This document shows positions 12,118 to 27,028 of a stretch of 64,000 nt of DNA, piece after piece. How positions within the stretch are numbered: position 1 is the first letter of the stretch; the number at the start of each line of letters is the position of its first letter. The translations under genes and the position numbers were made by a program. The notes under the pieces were generated by a model. The model saw only the letters and a list, made by a program, of their open reading frames with translations. It ran no database searches and was not told where the DNA came from. The stretch lies in NCBI RefSeq assembly GCF_009914755.1, contig NC_060929.1; one strand, written 5' to 3'. This DNA is from the human T2T-CHM13v2.0 reference genome, Homo sapiens.

Positions 12118-13149
12118 TGAGCGTTCTGGGTGGAAGGGACATCACACGTCAAGTCTCACAGGAGAGAACAGGCTTGGTGTGCTCAAGGAGCAAAGAGAAG
12201 GCTCTGGCTACTGGATTGATGAAGGCAGTGTGTTGAGAATGGCATTAGAGGCCCAGCCAAGTAAGGATGTGTGTGCCTTGATAAGGAATTGGCATTTTAC
12301 TCTAGGTGTGATGGGGATGCAGGAGAGTGACTTTGATTTGTGTCTTTAAAAGATCACTTTGGTTGTTGGATGGAGAATAGACTGCAGGGTGCAAGAATAG
12401 AAGAAAGAAGACCAGGAAGGAGACTGACAATAGTCTAGGTGACGGATACGTTGACTTGCACTAGAGTGGTGTTTTAGTTGTGGTTGGATTCTGGCTATTG
12501 TTTAAGTTTACTGTTGGTAAGAATTAATGATGGAATGGTCAGGGGTTATAAGTGAAAGACAAGAGTCATTGACTAAGATGGAGAAGATGAGAGGAGATTC
12601 AAGTTCAGAGCAGCAGGTGGGGAAATTCAGAAGTCAGGTTTGGACATTTGGTAAGTCTGAGATGCCTATTAGTAAGTAGATTGTTAAATACAGGAGTCTG
12701 GGGTTCAAAAGAGAGTGATGAAGTCCGCTACGCTGTGCTGTAACCCCTCCCACCTTTCCTTGCCACTCAAGGAAAGCCCCCGCTAGACACACAGGGCAGT
12801 CTGTAGCACGTGTGGCATTGAGTGGCACATAGTTTGCAAGAAGGATGGTGGACTTAGAAACACGGTGGAGAGCTGTGATGTAGGAAGACCAATAACTCTA
12901 AGATGACCAGGAGAAGAGTTAGCCCCAAGAGATAGCAGTTACCATAGCATCCAAGTGACCATGTTATATGAGGTGGACAGGGACTTCTTTTCTTCTTTTG
13001 GTCCTCAGGTGCACAGAGTTGAGTACATCACATGCTCACTTCAGTGCACACAATGTCCACTGGTTCATGAAGGGCTCTTCTCTAGTTTTGTTATTTTATT
13101 ATTTCTCCTAGTTCCCTGTTTCCATATCTGTTCTTTTCTGCCCATAGGC

Positions 13150-15400
13150 ACCTTCTCTAATGTATGTATTAATGTTACTAGATATCTGGGTATCCTTGAA
13201 AAATATGTAGTGTTGTTTTACATGTTTATATAATTCAAAATGTTATACATTTCATTATCCTTTTTTACTCAACACTATTTTAAGATCTATTTGCATTACT
13301 AAATGTAAATCTAGCTTACTGTTTTTTGTTTTTTTTTTTTTTTTTTTTTTTTACCAATTTCTGTGTAGTTTTTTTCTAAAACAGATGTATAGACTACATT
13401 TTCTCCTAGGGACACCTGGGCTCCCTTAAAGTCCTCCTTCATAAATAATGCTACAAGAAATAACATTTTAAAAAATTAGATTTTAGTAAATAGCCTTTGT
13501 TAAGATTGGAAATTTTCCATTTATTCTGGTTTCCTCTGAGTATATTTTAAAATAATGAATATGAATAGGTGTTGAACTTTCTCAGGTATTTCATTTGCAT
13601 CTCCTAAAATGATCATGAGATTTTTCTTTTATTCCATTAATAGACTGAATCACAGTTATAGATTTTTTAATGCTTACACTTTCTTAAATTCTAACTTGAT
13701 TGCATGTTTTAAAAGATAAACTGTTACATTTGATTAGCTAATACCATATTTAGGATTTTCACATCTATGTTCATAGGAAATTGACCTAAAATATTCTTTC
13801 ACTGTATTGTTTTTATTCATTTTTAGGATCAGGTTTATACTAACCTGACAAAGTTATGTGAACAGTGTGCTCTTGATTTCGGATTGTTTGTAGCAACATT
13901 TTCAGATTGGGATCATCTATTCCTTGAATGTGTTGCTGAACATAGCTGTAAAACTATATGGAGCTGGAAATTTTTTGGAAAAAATGTGAATGATTTCATT
14001 TCAGTTTAAGAGTTATAGTTATACTAAGATCTTTTCCAGAACTTTATCTAGTTCCTCTTTTTATCTCACATTTTTAAAAATTTGCATTTCCTCTTTTATT
14101 AGTGTCACCACAGGCTTATCTATTTTACTAGTCTTTCTGAAGAACACTTCCAGTTCATTTCCCATTGTTGTTATTTTCTCTGCATTTGTTAATTTCTGCC
14201 TATCTTCTTATTTACGTTTTTCTTGTTTATTTGGGTTTACTCTGTTTCCCCTTTGAATTTTTTAAGGATAAAGCTTAACTGTCTTACTTGCATTCTTTCT
14301 TAATTTCTAGTAAATTTATTTAAAGCCATAAATTTACCTGAGTGCTGCTTTGAACATGACTCACATAATTTAGCATGTGCTGCTTTCAAATGGTGAATTT
14401 TCATTCACCTCTAAGTATTTAACAACTTCTCTTTGGTTTATTGTATAGCCCAATGCTATTTGGGAGTATTTTTAAAATTTCCAGACATATAGGGTTTTAA
14501 CATTTAATTTAATAGCATCATGGTCAAGAACATTGCATGCATGATGTTGATTCTTTTAAACTTATAAAGCTTTTAAATCTAAGCAAAGCTTATTTTGGGC
14601 TTACCACATTATAATTTGTTTGTGTTTGTTCTATATGCATATGAAAAGAAAGTATTTTGCTTATTGGGATACATATGAAGAGATAAATTATATTACTCTA
14701 ATGTTCCATATCCTTGCTTATTTTTGTATGCTTCAAGTATTAGTTTTTGAGACTGTGTATTAAAACCTGCAGCTATTTTTTAAATTTATTTCCCACCCCA
14801 GCTCTGTCAGTTGTTGCTGTATGTCTGTTGATGACACATTATCAGAGGTGTACATATTCGTTATCATTCTATTTCTTGACATATTACTTGTTTTACCAAT
14901 ATATAGCATCCTCATTTTCCCTTTCTAATAGTTTATGCCTTAAATTACTGTCTTTCTGATACTAAAATTTCTATTCTGGCCTATTTCTGGTATATCTTTT
15001 CCTATCTTTTCTGTATCCTTTTGTTTCTAATCTATTGTTTGGTTTTTATCTTGATTGCTTGGTTTTTGTCTTTTAAATTCACTTAGAGAGTCATTATACT
15101 TTGATTAATGAATGACTTTAAATTATTTACTATTATTGTAATTCCTATTATAAATATATTGTAATATATTAATGTTAATATTAATTATAAAATATATGAA
15201 CATTTATTTCTGCTTTTTTTATGTTTTCTATTTTCCACATCTTCTTCTTCCCCTTTCCTTTCTTATATTCTATTAAATAGATGGGATTTTCTTCTGCTAG
15301 CTTAAAAGTTAAATATTTTATTTTTATTCTTCTAGGAGTTGTGCTTAAGCTATCAAGAACTGTTTCCCCCCTATCAATTTCTTAAGCTATCAATATCTAT
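13150..15400 (-). mobile_element. Highly degenerate old L1 (L1ME/L1M-type) fragments
   Basis: T-rich antisense L1-like text ('atgaataggtgttgaactttctcaggtatttcatttgcatct..atgatcatgagattttt', 'ttttcacatctatgttcatagg'); T-tract at 13321-13352. Confidence 0.65.
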
Positions 15401-15721
15401 TAATATTTTTCCTCTAGAAAAATAATTCAGAGAAATAGACAAAAACAAGCCCAAGTTATAGAGAGAAGAAAGGGATTAAGGGAAGGAAATAAAGGAGGGA
15501 GCAAGAGGTCAGCAAAGAACAGAACAAAAAGAGACAGAGAGAAATAAGTTGACAAAAAGAAAGAGTTAGGGGCTTAGAGAATGAAGCCAGGAGTTTTGTC
15601 TACCCAATATGCTCAAATTCAAACAGTGAGGAAAAAACACTAGGCTTCATTGGTTTCTTTCATGTAATGTCCCTAAATCATTTTCTTTTCTTCTTTTGGT
15701 TGGGAAAACATTCCAAATTAT

Positions 15722-15980
15722 TTAATGTTTATTTACTAAGCAGTCACTGTGTTCTTGGCCCTCTTTCAGGCCTGGAGACAAAGCAGTGAAGAAGGAGACC
15801 CTCTCCTTTCCCTCCTAGAGCTCACAGTCAAGATCAGCAGCTTAAAAAGCAATTACAACAGAGTAGAGGAAGCATAGGGCACCTTAGGAGCATCCAGCAA
15901 GGGAAACCCAGCCCGGTCCATGGGAATTAGGGAAATCCTCCTGTACAAAGTGACAGCTAAGCCGAGATTGGAAGGACATA
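15722..15980 (-). mobile_element. L2 3' fragment
   Basis: 'tatttactaagcagtcactgtg..ctggagacaaagcagtgaagaag..ctagagctcacagtc'. Confidence 0.6.
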
Positions 15981-16437
15981 ACTTCTTCACCTGTGGTGCC
16001 AGCAGCAAAGACTGGCCTTACCTGCTGCCCTCCTGCTGGCCACAGGCCCTCTGCATCCTATGGGGCTATGGGCAGAACATTCCCAGATGTGAGTAAGACC
16101 ATGGTGCTTGTGCTCAGCATGGAGTTACGTGTCTACAGCCTACAGAGAACTGAAGTTGTCTCGGTTCAAATGCCCAGGATTCATAAGGTGCCCACCCTGT
16201 CCCTCTCCCCAGCCTGTGCCACTGGGTGACTGCAGACTGATGTCATTTTGTTCCTGAGGCCTACTACTTTTCTACAAAGCCTGCCTACCTATTTGCTCAG
16301 TGTCTTAATTTTCTTTTACACACAGTCATAGTCACTAATTTTGATAGATTGAGGAAGGAGTCTGTTAAGAAATCTTTGAAGGAAAAAAAGCAATTATTAT
16401 TGTTTCCAAGGAGTAAATCCAGTGAGGCCTGCCTTGA

Positions 16438-17045
<608 letters not shown>

Positions 17046-18504
17046 AGCATTTGTATTAGTGTAAGTAATAGATGTAGTGTCAGCATTAAACATTAGTATT
17101 AGTTTTAATATATTACAGCCTAACCTCATAGTGGCATGACATCATCATGAAGGAGATGATGTCACTATTTTCTCCAGTTAGAAAGGTATTTTGAATAGAG
17201 GCTGCCTGTTGTTAATCAAAGCATGGAAAAGTATGAAAAGTGGTTTCCAATGGATGTATAATACCCAATCTACAGTATCTCATAATCATTTCTTAGAATT
17301 GGTTTAAACAATAAACAAAGCTCTTGTTTATAAAGATAACTCTGTAATTAAGTGAGGGCATTACAACAGATTCTTTACAAACTTCTGTGTTGTCCTTAAT
17401 TGGTTTAATTTAAGAATCTAAGGCATCTGGTCACATTTTTATTAACTTGTCCTTATTCATTTATTTAGTCACTCATCATGTATTCAACAGATATTTGTTG
17501 GATTCCTATCAGAGAAGCATATGCACAAAGTAGGCATTCAATTAAAAAACAATTTTATTACCAGAATCCAACCATACATATATGCTTGATTATATTTAAA
17601 AATAGAATCAAGTTTGAGTTTTACTTTGCTTAAACTTTACAATAAACTAGCTGAACTATAGCCAGTACATTTTTACTTCTTGAGGATTGTTTTAGAAAAT
17701 TTATATTTCATTAAACTTTCCAGATTTCTAAAAAGGCTTTAAAAAAATCCAAACTCCCTATATAGTGGCAATGCTATAAATAGATAAGCTCACTAAATAA
17801 TCATTTCCATTCCTAAAACATGAGCAGCTTTCTTTTCTATCTAATCCTCAATTTTTACATATTTTACTTTTCCATTTACAGTTGAAATGCTCTGCAGTGC
17901 CATTAATATTTGCCAAATTACAGTGGATATTTTCACTCTGTAGCTAATCACTTCTGAGTTTACCAAAGTTGGAATGCAATTGGAATTTGTACAGCTTTTC
18001 TCCAGATCAGACAACCCTAGCATACAGACCCCCTATGAAGGCATACACCGTGGAGTGAGGAGGGAACGTGACAGCCTGTTGTCCCTGCCAAAATGTTTTC
18101 CTAAAAAAAATCTATGGTTTGACAAGTTTAATTACCCTTGATTTTTATTCCTGCCTTTTGGAAACACTGAAATCTTCAGGCCATGAAAAACTTTAGTGTT
18201 TGAAATCACAGAATCATTAGAAGAGGACGGCAGAGAGTCAGGTGTGTCCCATTCACAGTTCCAGAGCCCCTGGGAGCTCCCCAGGGCTGTGCTTACTGTG
18301 AACGCTCCTGTAGGGTCACCTGGCTCAACGTGGCTCAGGCTGCCACCTCTTCAGGTACTGGCTGTGGGGCTGTGAGTCACTCTTCCATCCTAAGCCAAAG
18401 GTTTACTCATTTAACCATGTGCCTTGGAGAGGCTTTGTCACATTGCTCAAGTCTAAAATTTAACGCCATCCAATAATTTAAGATCAAGAGTACACATATG
18501 CAAA

Positions 18505-18988
18505 AGATTCCCATGAGCATTACCCTGAGTTAAAAAAAAGGCAGTCTCAAAAGCTTACATATTGTACAATTCCAACACTCTAGCATCCTCAAAGTGACAA
18601 AATTATAGTAGTAAAGAACAGATCAGTGGTTGCCAGGGATTAGAGTTGGGAAAAGATTTGATTATTAGGGGTAATGTGAGACCATTTCTTTGGTGACTGA
18701 ACAGTCTGTAATTGCGGTGATGGTTACTTGAATCTACACATGTAGTAAAGTATCATAGAACTACACACACACACACGAATACATATCAAAACTGGTGAAA
18801 TCCAAATAAGGTCTTTCACTGAGTTGAAGTACTGTCCCATGCACAGTTTAGACACTGGTTTAGACAAGGTATTATAGTTGTGTAAGATACTGCCACTGGG
18901 GGAGGTTTCATGAAGGGAACTAACTCTACATCCTGTTCTTGCAATTTTTTGTGAGCTTTTGGTTATTTTAAAATAAATTTTTAAAAAA
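18505..18988 (+). mobile_element. L1 3' end fragment (L1MC4/L1MD-like)
   Basis: 'aacagatcagtggttgccagggattag', 'aaaactggtgaaatccaaataagg', ending in an A-rich tail. Confidence 0.8.
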
Positions 18989-20744
18989 GATATCAATGAG
19001 CCTTTCTTCACCAATAACTTTTCATGGGACCAAGAGAACAGCCATTGGTTAACTGATGAGTGTTTTTGTTTGAGAATAGAAGTGCTAACACGTGCCTCTT
19101 CACGTGCCTCATCTACATTACTGACAGCATGAGGAAAGGGGCGTTCAATTGCTGCACACGTGGTCTCATTGTCATGACATGCCTTTCTGCTAGAGTTGAA
19201 TGATGTAGGAGTGAGATTCAAAAGGGGATCTTTCCAGTGACTTCACTGTAGGATAGAGAAGTTTGAGCAAGGAGGCTTTTCAAGCCAGAAGTGCTCCCCC
19301 ATGGGCTCTGGGCTGGTGCTGTGCCTTGAGGCAACATGGCAGCCAGGGGAAATGTAAGCTGCGGGGTCCTCAGACCAGGGCCTTTGACAACTTGAACAAG
19401 CCAGGGAGGCCATCCGGGAGGTGAGGGGTCTGGAAGCCTCTCTAGGGAATCTTCCAGTGCTTCTGTGAGAGACTCAGCCTGGAGAGCCAGTGTGGGGAGC
19501 CCTGTGTATATGGGTGGGGGGATGTACCCTGAATGCTATGAGCAAATGTCCAAAGAGCTGTTGAATGGGAGACCAAGTGGGCTTGTACTGTATGAGTGTG
19601 GGGGCACGCTGATTATCTGCAGGCCGCAGCTACATGAAAGCAGGTTTCAACTCAACACAAAGAATTATCCAGTAGGCCTTCTTTGACAGGTAATAGGTTT
19701 CCAGACACTGGAAATATTCGAACACAGATCAAATGATCACGTGTCAAGGAGGCAATCAGGGGACCCATTCAAGGGACCCATTCTACTCTAAGAGGATGAC
19801 ACCAACAGTGAGGATGCTGTGGGCGGCAGACCCTGATCTGGAAACATGGCACAGCATAGCCTGCTGATTCTTTTTTTTTAAAAAAAAATTCCAGTAGAAT
19901 TTCCTAGGCACATTAACTCTTCAGTGGTTTATAGTGTCCCAAAACGAATCTCACCCCACCACAGAAGATCTATAGGCCTCTTGATGAGAGGAACATCGCT
20001 TTTACTGCTCATCTTCCCCAAGGGAGGCTGGCACGAGGTGAGTCAGAAGCAAAGCTCTGTAAACACCTGACTCCAAATGAATGATAGCTCTGGCATGCCT
20101 GAGGCAAGAAGCCAGCCTGGCTGCCCACTCAGCATCCTCTCACCCTGCAAGTCCATATATTTTATGACCCCACTGTGCTTCCTGGCCCAGACTCTCCAAT
20201 GATGATTCATCTGTCCTTTGCAGCTTTGTCAGTGTTTGGGTTTTCTACTTAGTTCTCAATGAACTAGCTATCATAGTTATAGCTCCCTAGAAAATGCCAT
20301 ACAGTAACTCTGTCAGGGGTTTTATTTGCTTAGATGGATCATTTTATTTCAGCAAGTTGTTTTACTAGCTTAGAGCATCATGAATCACTTCAAACATAGA
20401 TGAAAAATGACTCAGTATACATGATTTTATGTGGAATGTGGTTCTTTCTATTGAAGATCATGTCTCCTTGATTAGGATATGAAATCAATTTAATTTCATG
20501 CAAATTATGAAAAATAGAACCATATCAGCATTTCCATGCACCTACCCAGCCAGAGCTAAGAAGTTGACTCCAACACGCATTTGGTGGCCACTGCTCAGAA
20601 AATTGTCCATGAGCATAGGGTTATAATGGCCCCAAATGAAGCAGTATGAGGCTCCTTCTCTGAAGCATATGCCTTCTTGGGCCCAAACCACACCAACGAC
20701 TAAGACCCCCAAAAGTATGAGTGGGACTTTGAAAAAAGAATTGC

Positions 20745-21060
20745 AGTATTTAGGATAGACTCTGCCATGCTGCAGTAACACCTAAATTCCTAAACCTCAG
20801 TGGCTTGACCCAGCACAAGCTTATTTCTTATTCTCATCAGGTTTCAATGAGATTTGGTCAGGCCATGTTCCATGGTGACCAGGAATCAATTCGGTCCTCT
20901 TCCATCTTGTTATAGAAAGAACAAGAAGGAGGATAAATAACTCTACGGAGTTTTAAATGCCTGGGCCTGGATGTTAACACCCATTGCTTTTCCTCACAGC
21001 CTACTGGCCAGATCCTAACTGCAAGAGTAACACAGAAGTAAGGGAGCACCCAGATATTCT
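20745..21060 (-). mobile_element. Old MLT1 (K/L-like) LTR fragment
   Basis: 'atgctgcagtaacac..ctcagtggcttgacccagcacaagcttatttctt', 'ctactggccaga'. Confidence 0.6.
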
Positions 21061-22514
21061 AAGCCCGACATGCCTCTGCCACGGTGCTTGCCCCTAAGAA
21101 TAACTTTCTCAGCGCCCAGATATTGCCTTGACCTGTCACCCTGGTGGCTACTGGCATCAAGGTTTGTTCAGGTGTGTATGCTGGACTGAGAAAGCAGCCT
21201 TCACTTCTGTGCCTGGAGAAGAAGGAGGCTGCACATCCCAGAAAGCCTATTCTAGAAGCAAAGGCAAGGGTTAAATGTGCTGAACCTGGGAACATCTGGC
21301 TGACATAGGGGTACATAACAGAGGGGGCTGAGGGTCTCTTCCCCCTCCTCTGTATTCTAAATCTGAAAGCACCTAACCATCAGAAAAAATGCGGAGCAAG
21401 AGAGCCCAGGCCTGTCTCTACGCAGCCCTTGCTCAAAGGCTGGTCCTGGGGAGCACCTCTGTTTGAAGCCTGCAAGCTGGGCCACTGCAGAGTCCGGAGC
21501 ATCACATACCTGGGCCACTGGGGATTGGCAGCTCAGCTGCAGTACTGTCCCTAGGCCCTGACCTCACTGGCTTAACCCCGATTAAAGTCCCCTTCAGGAA
21601 AGTCAAGAGTGGCAGTGTCCACATATCCTATCACTTGCCAATTTAAAAAAAAAAAAAGGATAATCACCAAAGGAATAGCTGCTAAGACCCAGCAGAATCT
21701 CATCTGCACACGAACCTGCCAAGCTGCTCAGATATTATATTATACTACTATGGAACTCATGTTATAATATCTTCAATGTAAAGAATCATTTCAGTGAGCG
21801 AAGCACTTTTTTTCTTTTCCAAATCCTGTTTTAATTAGAAAATTGATGGCAAATATGGAACTACCACCCCATAGTTACTTTAAAAAAATCTATTTGGAAG
21901 CCTTGAAAATATTGGTGAATTATAAAAGAAATTGAATTCTGATACTTTTCTCCCATTTTATTGTTCCCTATTCCCTGAAAAGCCTCCAACGCTGTATTTC
22001 TGTAGTTTGGAATAAGGACATATTTTGCCCTTAGAAACTGCAGGTATTCTAATTATATGTAAATCAGTTCACAGAAATAAATATCCATGGTTAAAGGATA
22101 TTTAAAACATTAAAGCTTTTTCTCAACTGTTCTCTGTTTAAAAAAAAAAAGAAAAAGTCTGTTTCCAGAACCCTGGTGGCTTTAACACCGTTTTCCTCTT
22201 TCATGAATGCACACAAGAACCTGCTCGTGCGATATAGTTTCTGAGGTGTTCTCCACTCTGAAAAAGCAATTCCATGTTAACTTCCCTTTCCTGACAGTTA
22301 AAACTTTTTTCTCTCTTATTCAGAATCAAAATATTTAATTGGACAATGAAACTGAATAGAAATTAAGAAGGTTGTTCCCATGTTGAAAAAGGTTTCTTAA
22401 GTGTTGTCTTTTACTTTCTGAAAACATTGCCACAGTTGTATTTTTAAAGGATCATTATTTCCCTGGTATCTGAATTATATTTTAGTCTAGTCTCCTGGCT
22501 ATAAACACCATCAA

Positions 22515-23490
22515 AATGATGATGATCCCCAAATTTCTATTTCCACCCCTGAGTTCCAGGCTCATGTAACCAACTGCCTATTTAATATCTTCACTTGGTT
22601 GTCTAATAGGCATTAAAAACTGAGCCTGTCCAAACCTAATTCCTGATCTTCTGCAAATCTGCTCCTCCCTAACTTTCTCCATCTCGACAAAAGGCCCACA
22701 CCTTGCTTCTAGGTTCTCAGGGCAAAAGCCTTGCAGTTACCCTTGATTCTGCCCTCTCTCTCATAATTCACTTTCAATTTATTAGCTGAATTCTGCTGGC
22801 CACCCCTCAACCTATGTCCAAAATGTTACCAGTTGTTATCACTTCCACCATTATTACCCTGGTACAAGCCACCATCATTGCCTACCTAGATTTTTGCAAT
22901 GGTTCTCTCTTTGATTCTGCCCTTGTCCTCCTACAATCTGACTTTAACACTGCAGCCAGAGTGGTCCTTTTAAAACATAAAGATGATGTCATTTCAATGC
23001 TGTAAACCCTTTGTGGCCTCCCATCCCAACCAGTGTTAAAACAAAGTCCTTTAAATGGTCCATAAGACCCTGTTTAGCCTCATCTCCTGCAACTCTTTCC
23101 TGACTCACTCAGCTCCAGCTCGAATATATCAGACCCACTTCTGTCCCAGGGCCTTTGCACTGGCAGCTCCTCTGCCCAGAAGGCTCCTCTTCGGATATCT
23201 GCAAGGCACTCTCACCTCATCAAGTCCCCACTCCAACATCACCCTGACTACTTACAGTGGCAACATCCTCACTCCTAGCCTGCCCTCCCATCCCTGCTAC
23301 ATCTTTCTTCATATTACTTATCATCATCTGACATACTTTATATTGTACTTATTTGTTTATCTGTTATTTTCTTCTACTAGATTACAGACTCCATAGGGAC
23401 AGGGATGTTCATCTGTTTTATCCACTGTGATGTCCATGCAGAATGGTGCCTGGCACACAGTAGACAATAAACATTCGTTGAATGAATGAA
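22515..23490 (+). mobile_element. L2a 3' portion
   Basis: 'caactgcctatttaatatcttcacttggttgtctaataggcat', 'cagggcctttgcactggc', terminal 'tgcctggcacacagtagac..ttgaatgaatgaat'. Confidence 0.9.
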
Positions 23491-25799
23491 TAAAATTGCA
23501 TTCAGTGGTGAATCAATGTGTTTGGCTAAATTAGGGACTCATGCTTACTTTTCATGCCTGATAACACTTCTCACTCACATGTTTGTGGTGATTGAACCAG
23601 TGGCTGCCCCAGGAAGCTCTTGTGACAGGACTAGCAGGTGCTAAACCTGTGTCCGGACTTTAGGGATGATTTCAACATCTGAATGTTCTCGTGTGCTGCA
23701 CACAGCATGCTGGAATACACTCCTGGGCTCGCTGCACAGGGTCAGTCACTGCAGGCACGCTTATGGACTGGTCAGCACAATTCTCTCATATCAGGAACTA
23801 AGAAACCCTCAGGAAGACCACCCATCCTGCAGGGAAAACAGAGCTTCAGGGGTCAGGGGGTATGGGTGATTTAGAAGAAAGTCACATGGAACCAGGAAAT
23901 CAGCCTCTCTCACACACTCTTGGCTGGTCAGGGGAGGGATGTAAGTAAAAATGGAGACTTATTTCACTAAATGATAGACTACCTGCAGACAGGTGTATGA
24001 CAGAAGAGAGAAGTACCTTCTCAGATACCATACCATGCATCTCTATTTCCTCTACATTCTGCGAGCTGCCAGAGCGAATGGTCTGTGAGCTCAAGAGATA
24101 CTCTTGGGGTATATTACAAAAACATGCAGGAAGGGCTGCAGGCCTGAGTGGCCAGCCTTGTGCTAGACCTTCTGACACTGGGTTCTGTTGCTAACATGAC
24201 CTTGCTAGTAGCCAGAGATTGGCTGGGTCTGGAGACATTTGGGCCCCTTTTGGATGGCAGTTCCAGCTCTGATGCTTGCCTGGATACTGTCCTGTGACAT
24301 CGTCAAGCTGGGGGTTAAGGCTGCCCATGGAGGGGTGATTTCGGGTGTAAGATCAGACGTCACCAAAACAAATGAGCCCAGGCCCATCAGGCATAGTGCA
24401 TTAGATGAATTCTGAAAAATTCTGAGATGTGGAGAAATCTGATGAAATATGTCATAAGCAGAAAGGGCAAGAAATGTTTCCAAGTTTCATTCACTCTTAT
24501 GAAGTGACATCTAGAAAGAAAAGGAATCAGATAAAAAGGAAAAAACAAATTATGATATTAAAAATTCATTCCCATTTAGCAAATTTGCTATTAGCATCAC
24601 AATTCAGGATATTTTAATAATTCCAGCCTCACAGAGGTAGCATAATTGGATGCTTCAATGATGGGATTTAGGGAACACCAGAAAAATCCCTTCACCAAAA
24701 TCACTTCTTCAACAGCCTGAGCTCACCCACTACAGCTGGACATGCCAGGTTCTTCCCTGGCTTCTCTTCTAAAATCCACATTCCCCAAGGGGTCAGCTAC
24801 GGAGACCCAGCTCTTCCTGGTGAGCAGGTGGGGCAGATGAGGGCCCCAAATCCTGAGATGGGGGGGCAAGAGGGAGCATGAGGTGGACAGTCAGGCTCCA
24901 GGCTGGCCACCCTGCACCCCGGGGGCTCATCCTCCCTGAGCACTTCTTCACAGCCTGACCAAAAGTGCTCAGGAGGGCAACATGCTCTGTGTTCTTGTCT
25001 AAATCATTGAAAACAGAAGAAGTTCACAGGAAAATGACATCCTTCAGCCAGGGAGGTGTCTTGCCAGGTTCCGGTCAGCAAGGGCTGAAGTGTGCCCTGC
25101 CCCCAGCAGCTCGGCTTGGCAGCACCAGCCTGTGGTGTGGCTGAGGACCCACCTGCCTCCTTCAGCCAGGCTCCTTGGGAGCATCTGGGACTAGCAAAGG
25201 ATGCTGCTATTACGTTACCTCAAATATCCACCCTCACACACCAACTGAGAACCAAGCGAGTCCAGAGGAGATAAGCCCTGGTGGAGTCAATAATTCTGAG
25301 GCTGCGAGTGCCTCTGCCTTCTACAGCCCAGCTCAGGGAAAGTGAGTTTATTCCCAGGACCACAGATCCACCCAGCCCATGCCCTAGGCTAACCTCCCCG
25401 CACTGCAACCAGAGGGACTTCTGAAGTGCTAGGCTGAGCCTCTCTGCTCTCTAGCATAAGAGTCATTAAGAGTTTCCATGAACCTCAAGATAAAGACCCA
25501 AATCCTAGCCTGGGGTCACTAGATGCATGAGATGTGAGTCCTGCCCCTGTCTCAGGCCTCCCTCACCACATTCCCTCAAGACCCCTGTGTTTGCTACACG
25601 CTCCGCTCCCAAGATGCCCACACTGCTGTAGGACCCATGTCCTTCCCTCCGACAACACACCCTTTTCCGTCGTCAACATAGCAGTAAATCAGCTGAGAGA
25701 GAGGGATATTTGACATAAATTGTGGACGTGCCTTTCTGAGCATGAGGTGGCTATCATAAAATACATAGAAACTCCACAGTGTTTTTAATATGAATTGAA

Positions 25800-26417
25800 C
25801 TGGTAAAAGTACTGCCAGGCTGGGCTAAAAGAAACTGAGTCTGTTCAAATTGCAAAAGGACCTCTGGATCCTTAATTTTCTATGGCCAGAAAACAGGCTG
25901 AGAAAACTACTAAGCTGTCTACATCAACCATGTCTTCAGAAGTAGCCATGGAGTGTGACACAAAGGAAAGCGTGGGCAAGGCCAAGAGCCCAGGGAGTGG
26001 AACCAAGAACTGTGGACACACTGGACTGGGGCATCATTTCCAGGGAGTAGAACAGTGGTCTAATCAAGGAATACTTTTCACCCCAGAGTTGGGGGCCCCA
26101 GCAACATTTCCACCCTGTGGGATTTCAGAATTATTATGGAGTAGTGACTAACCTGTTTCAAACAGGAGAGTTTATTGCTATTATGCTGTCCCTGTCTCAT
26201 CAGCACATGCTGAGGGTGTGGGAGACAGATTACTTTGCTCTCTCATTCACTGGGTCTCCAGAACAAAAAGTGCTCCATCTGGATTTTTATGTAGATTTTA
26301 TAAGATCCTGAATGTTAAGCATTAGGCCAGGATGGGATGAGACTTTGAGGGTCTTCAGAGGGAGTGAGTACATTTTGCGTGTAGAAGGATGTGAATAATT
26401 TTGATCAGAAGGCAGAC
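25800..26417 (+). mobile_element. MaLR internal sequence (MLT1-int) 3' part
   Basis: 'tgggatttcagaattattatggag', 'gggatgagactttgagggtc..gagtgagtacattttgcgtgt', purine tract 'agaaggcagac' abutting the LTR. Confidence 0.7.
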
Positions 26418-26920
26418 TGGTATACTGGTTGTACAAATGGCTCCAATTCCATATCTACACCTTTTGGGTGTGGCTTCACATCTCTACCCATCAGGACCTG
26501 GATTCCATCTCCAGATCCTTTGAATCTGGGCTGACTATGAAATTTCTTTGGCAGATAGAATGAGGAAGAGGTGATGGTGTACCAGTTCCAAGCCTAGGCA
26601 CATCAAGGCTACTATTCTTTTGCTTTCTTGGTTTCCTGCCTGCTCCATGAAAATAAGCCAATACTAGCCTGCTAAGGGGCGAGACCTTGTGAAAGACAGC
26701 CGAGGTGCCCCAGCTGATGGCAGACAGCCTCTGGGAGCAGAGTTCCCTTGATGACAGACAGCTGATAACCCAGGAATGAGACAGCCCCACCAAGACCAGA
26801 AAAACTGTCCAGATGAGCCCTGCCTAAATTGTCAAACTGCAAACAATCTATGTAAATGCTTGTCATTTAGGCCGCTCAAGTTTGGTATGGTTTGCTACAC
26901 AGCACTACATAACAGATACA
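26418..26920 (+). mobile_element. MLT1H-like LTR (3' LTR of the preceding internal fragment)
   Basis: 'ccttgaatctgggctg', 'ccagttccaagcctaggc', 'tttggtatggtttgctacacagc..aacagataca'. Confidence 0.8.
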
Positions 26921-27028
26921 CATGCACCATCTCTTTTAATCTTCACAACAACCAAAGAGATAGATGCTGTTATTATCCTTATTTTGTAGGTAAAACTAAA
27001 GGTTAGAGCAAGTTTCATGGGTATATAA

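Larger units (their letters stand above)
11070..12720 (-). mobile_element. L2 fragment split by a MIR and an LTR16
   Basis: 'caaatgtctcttgagtatctcctatcatccaggccttgtactagg', 'taaaagatcactttggttg', 'tttggacatttggtaagtctgagatgcctatt'. Confidence 0.7.

Noticed and set aside
19871-19888. T9A9 perfect palindrome
   Set aside because: Low-complexity homopolymer junction, common by chance
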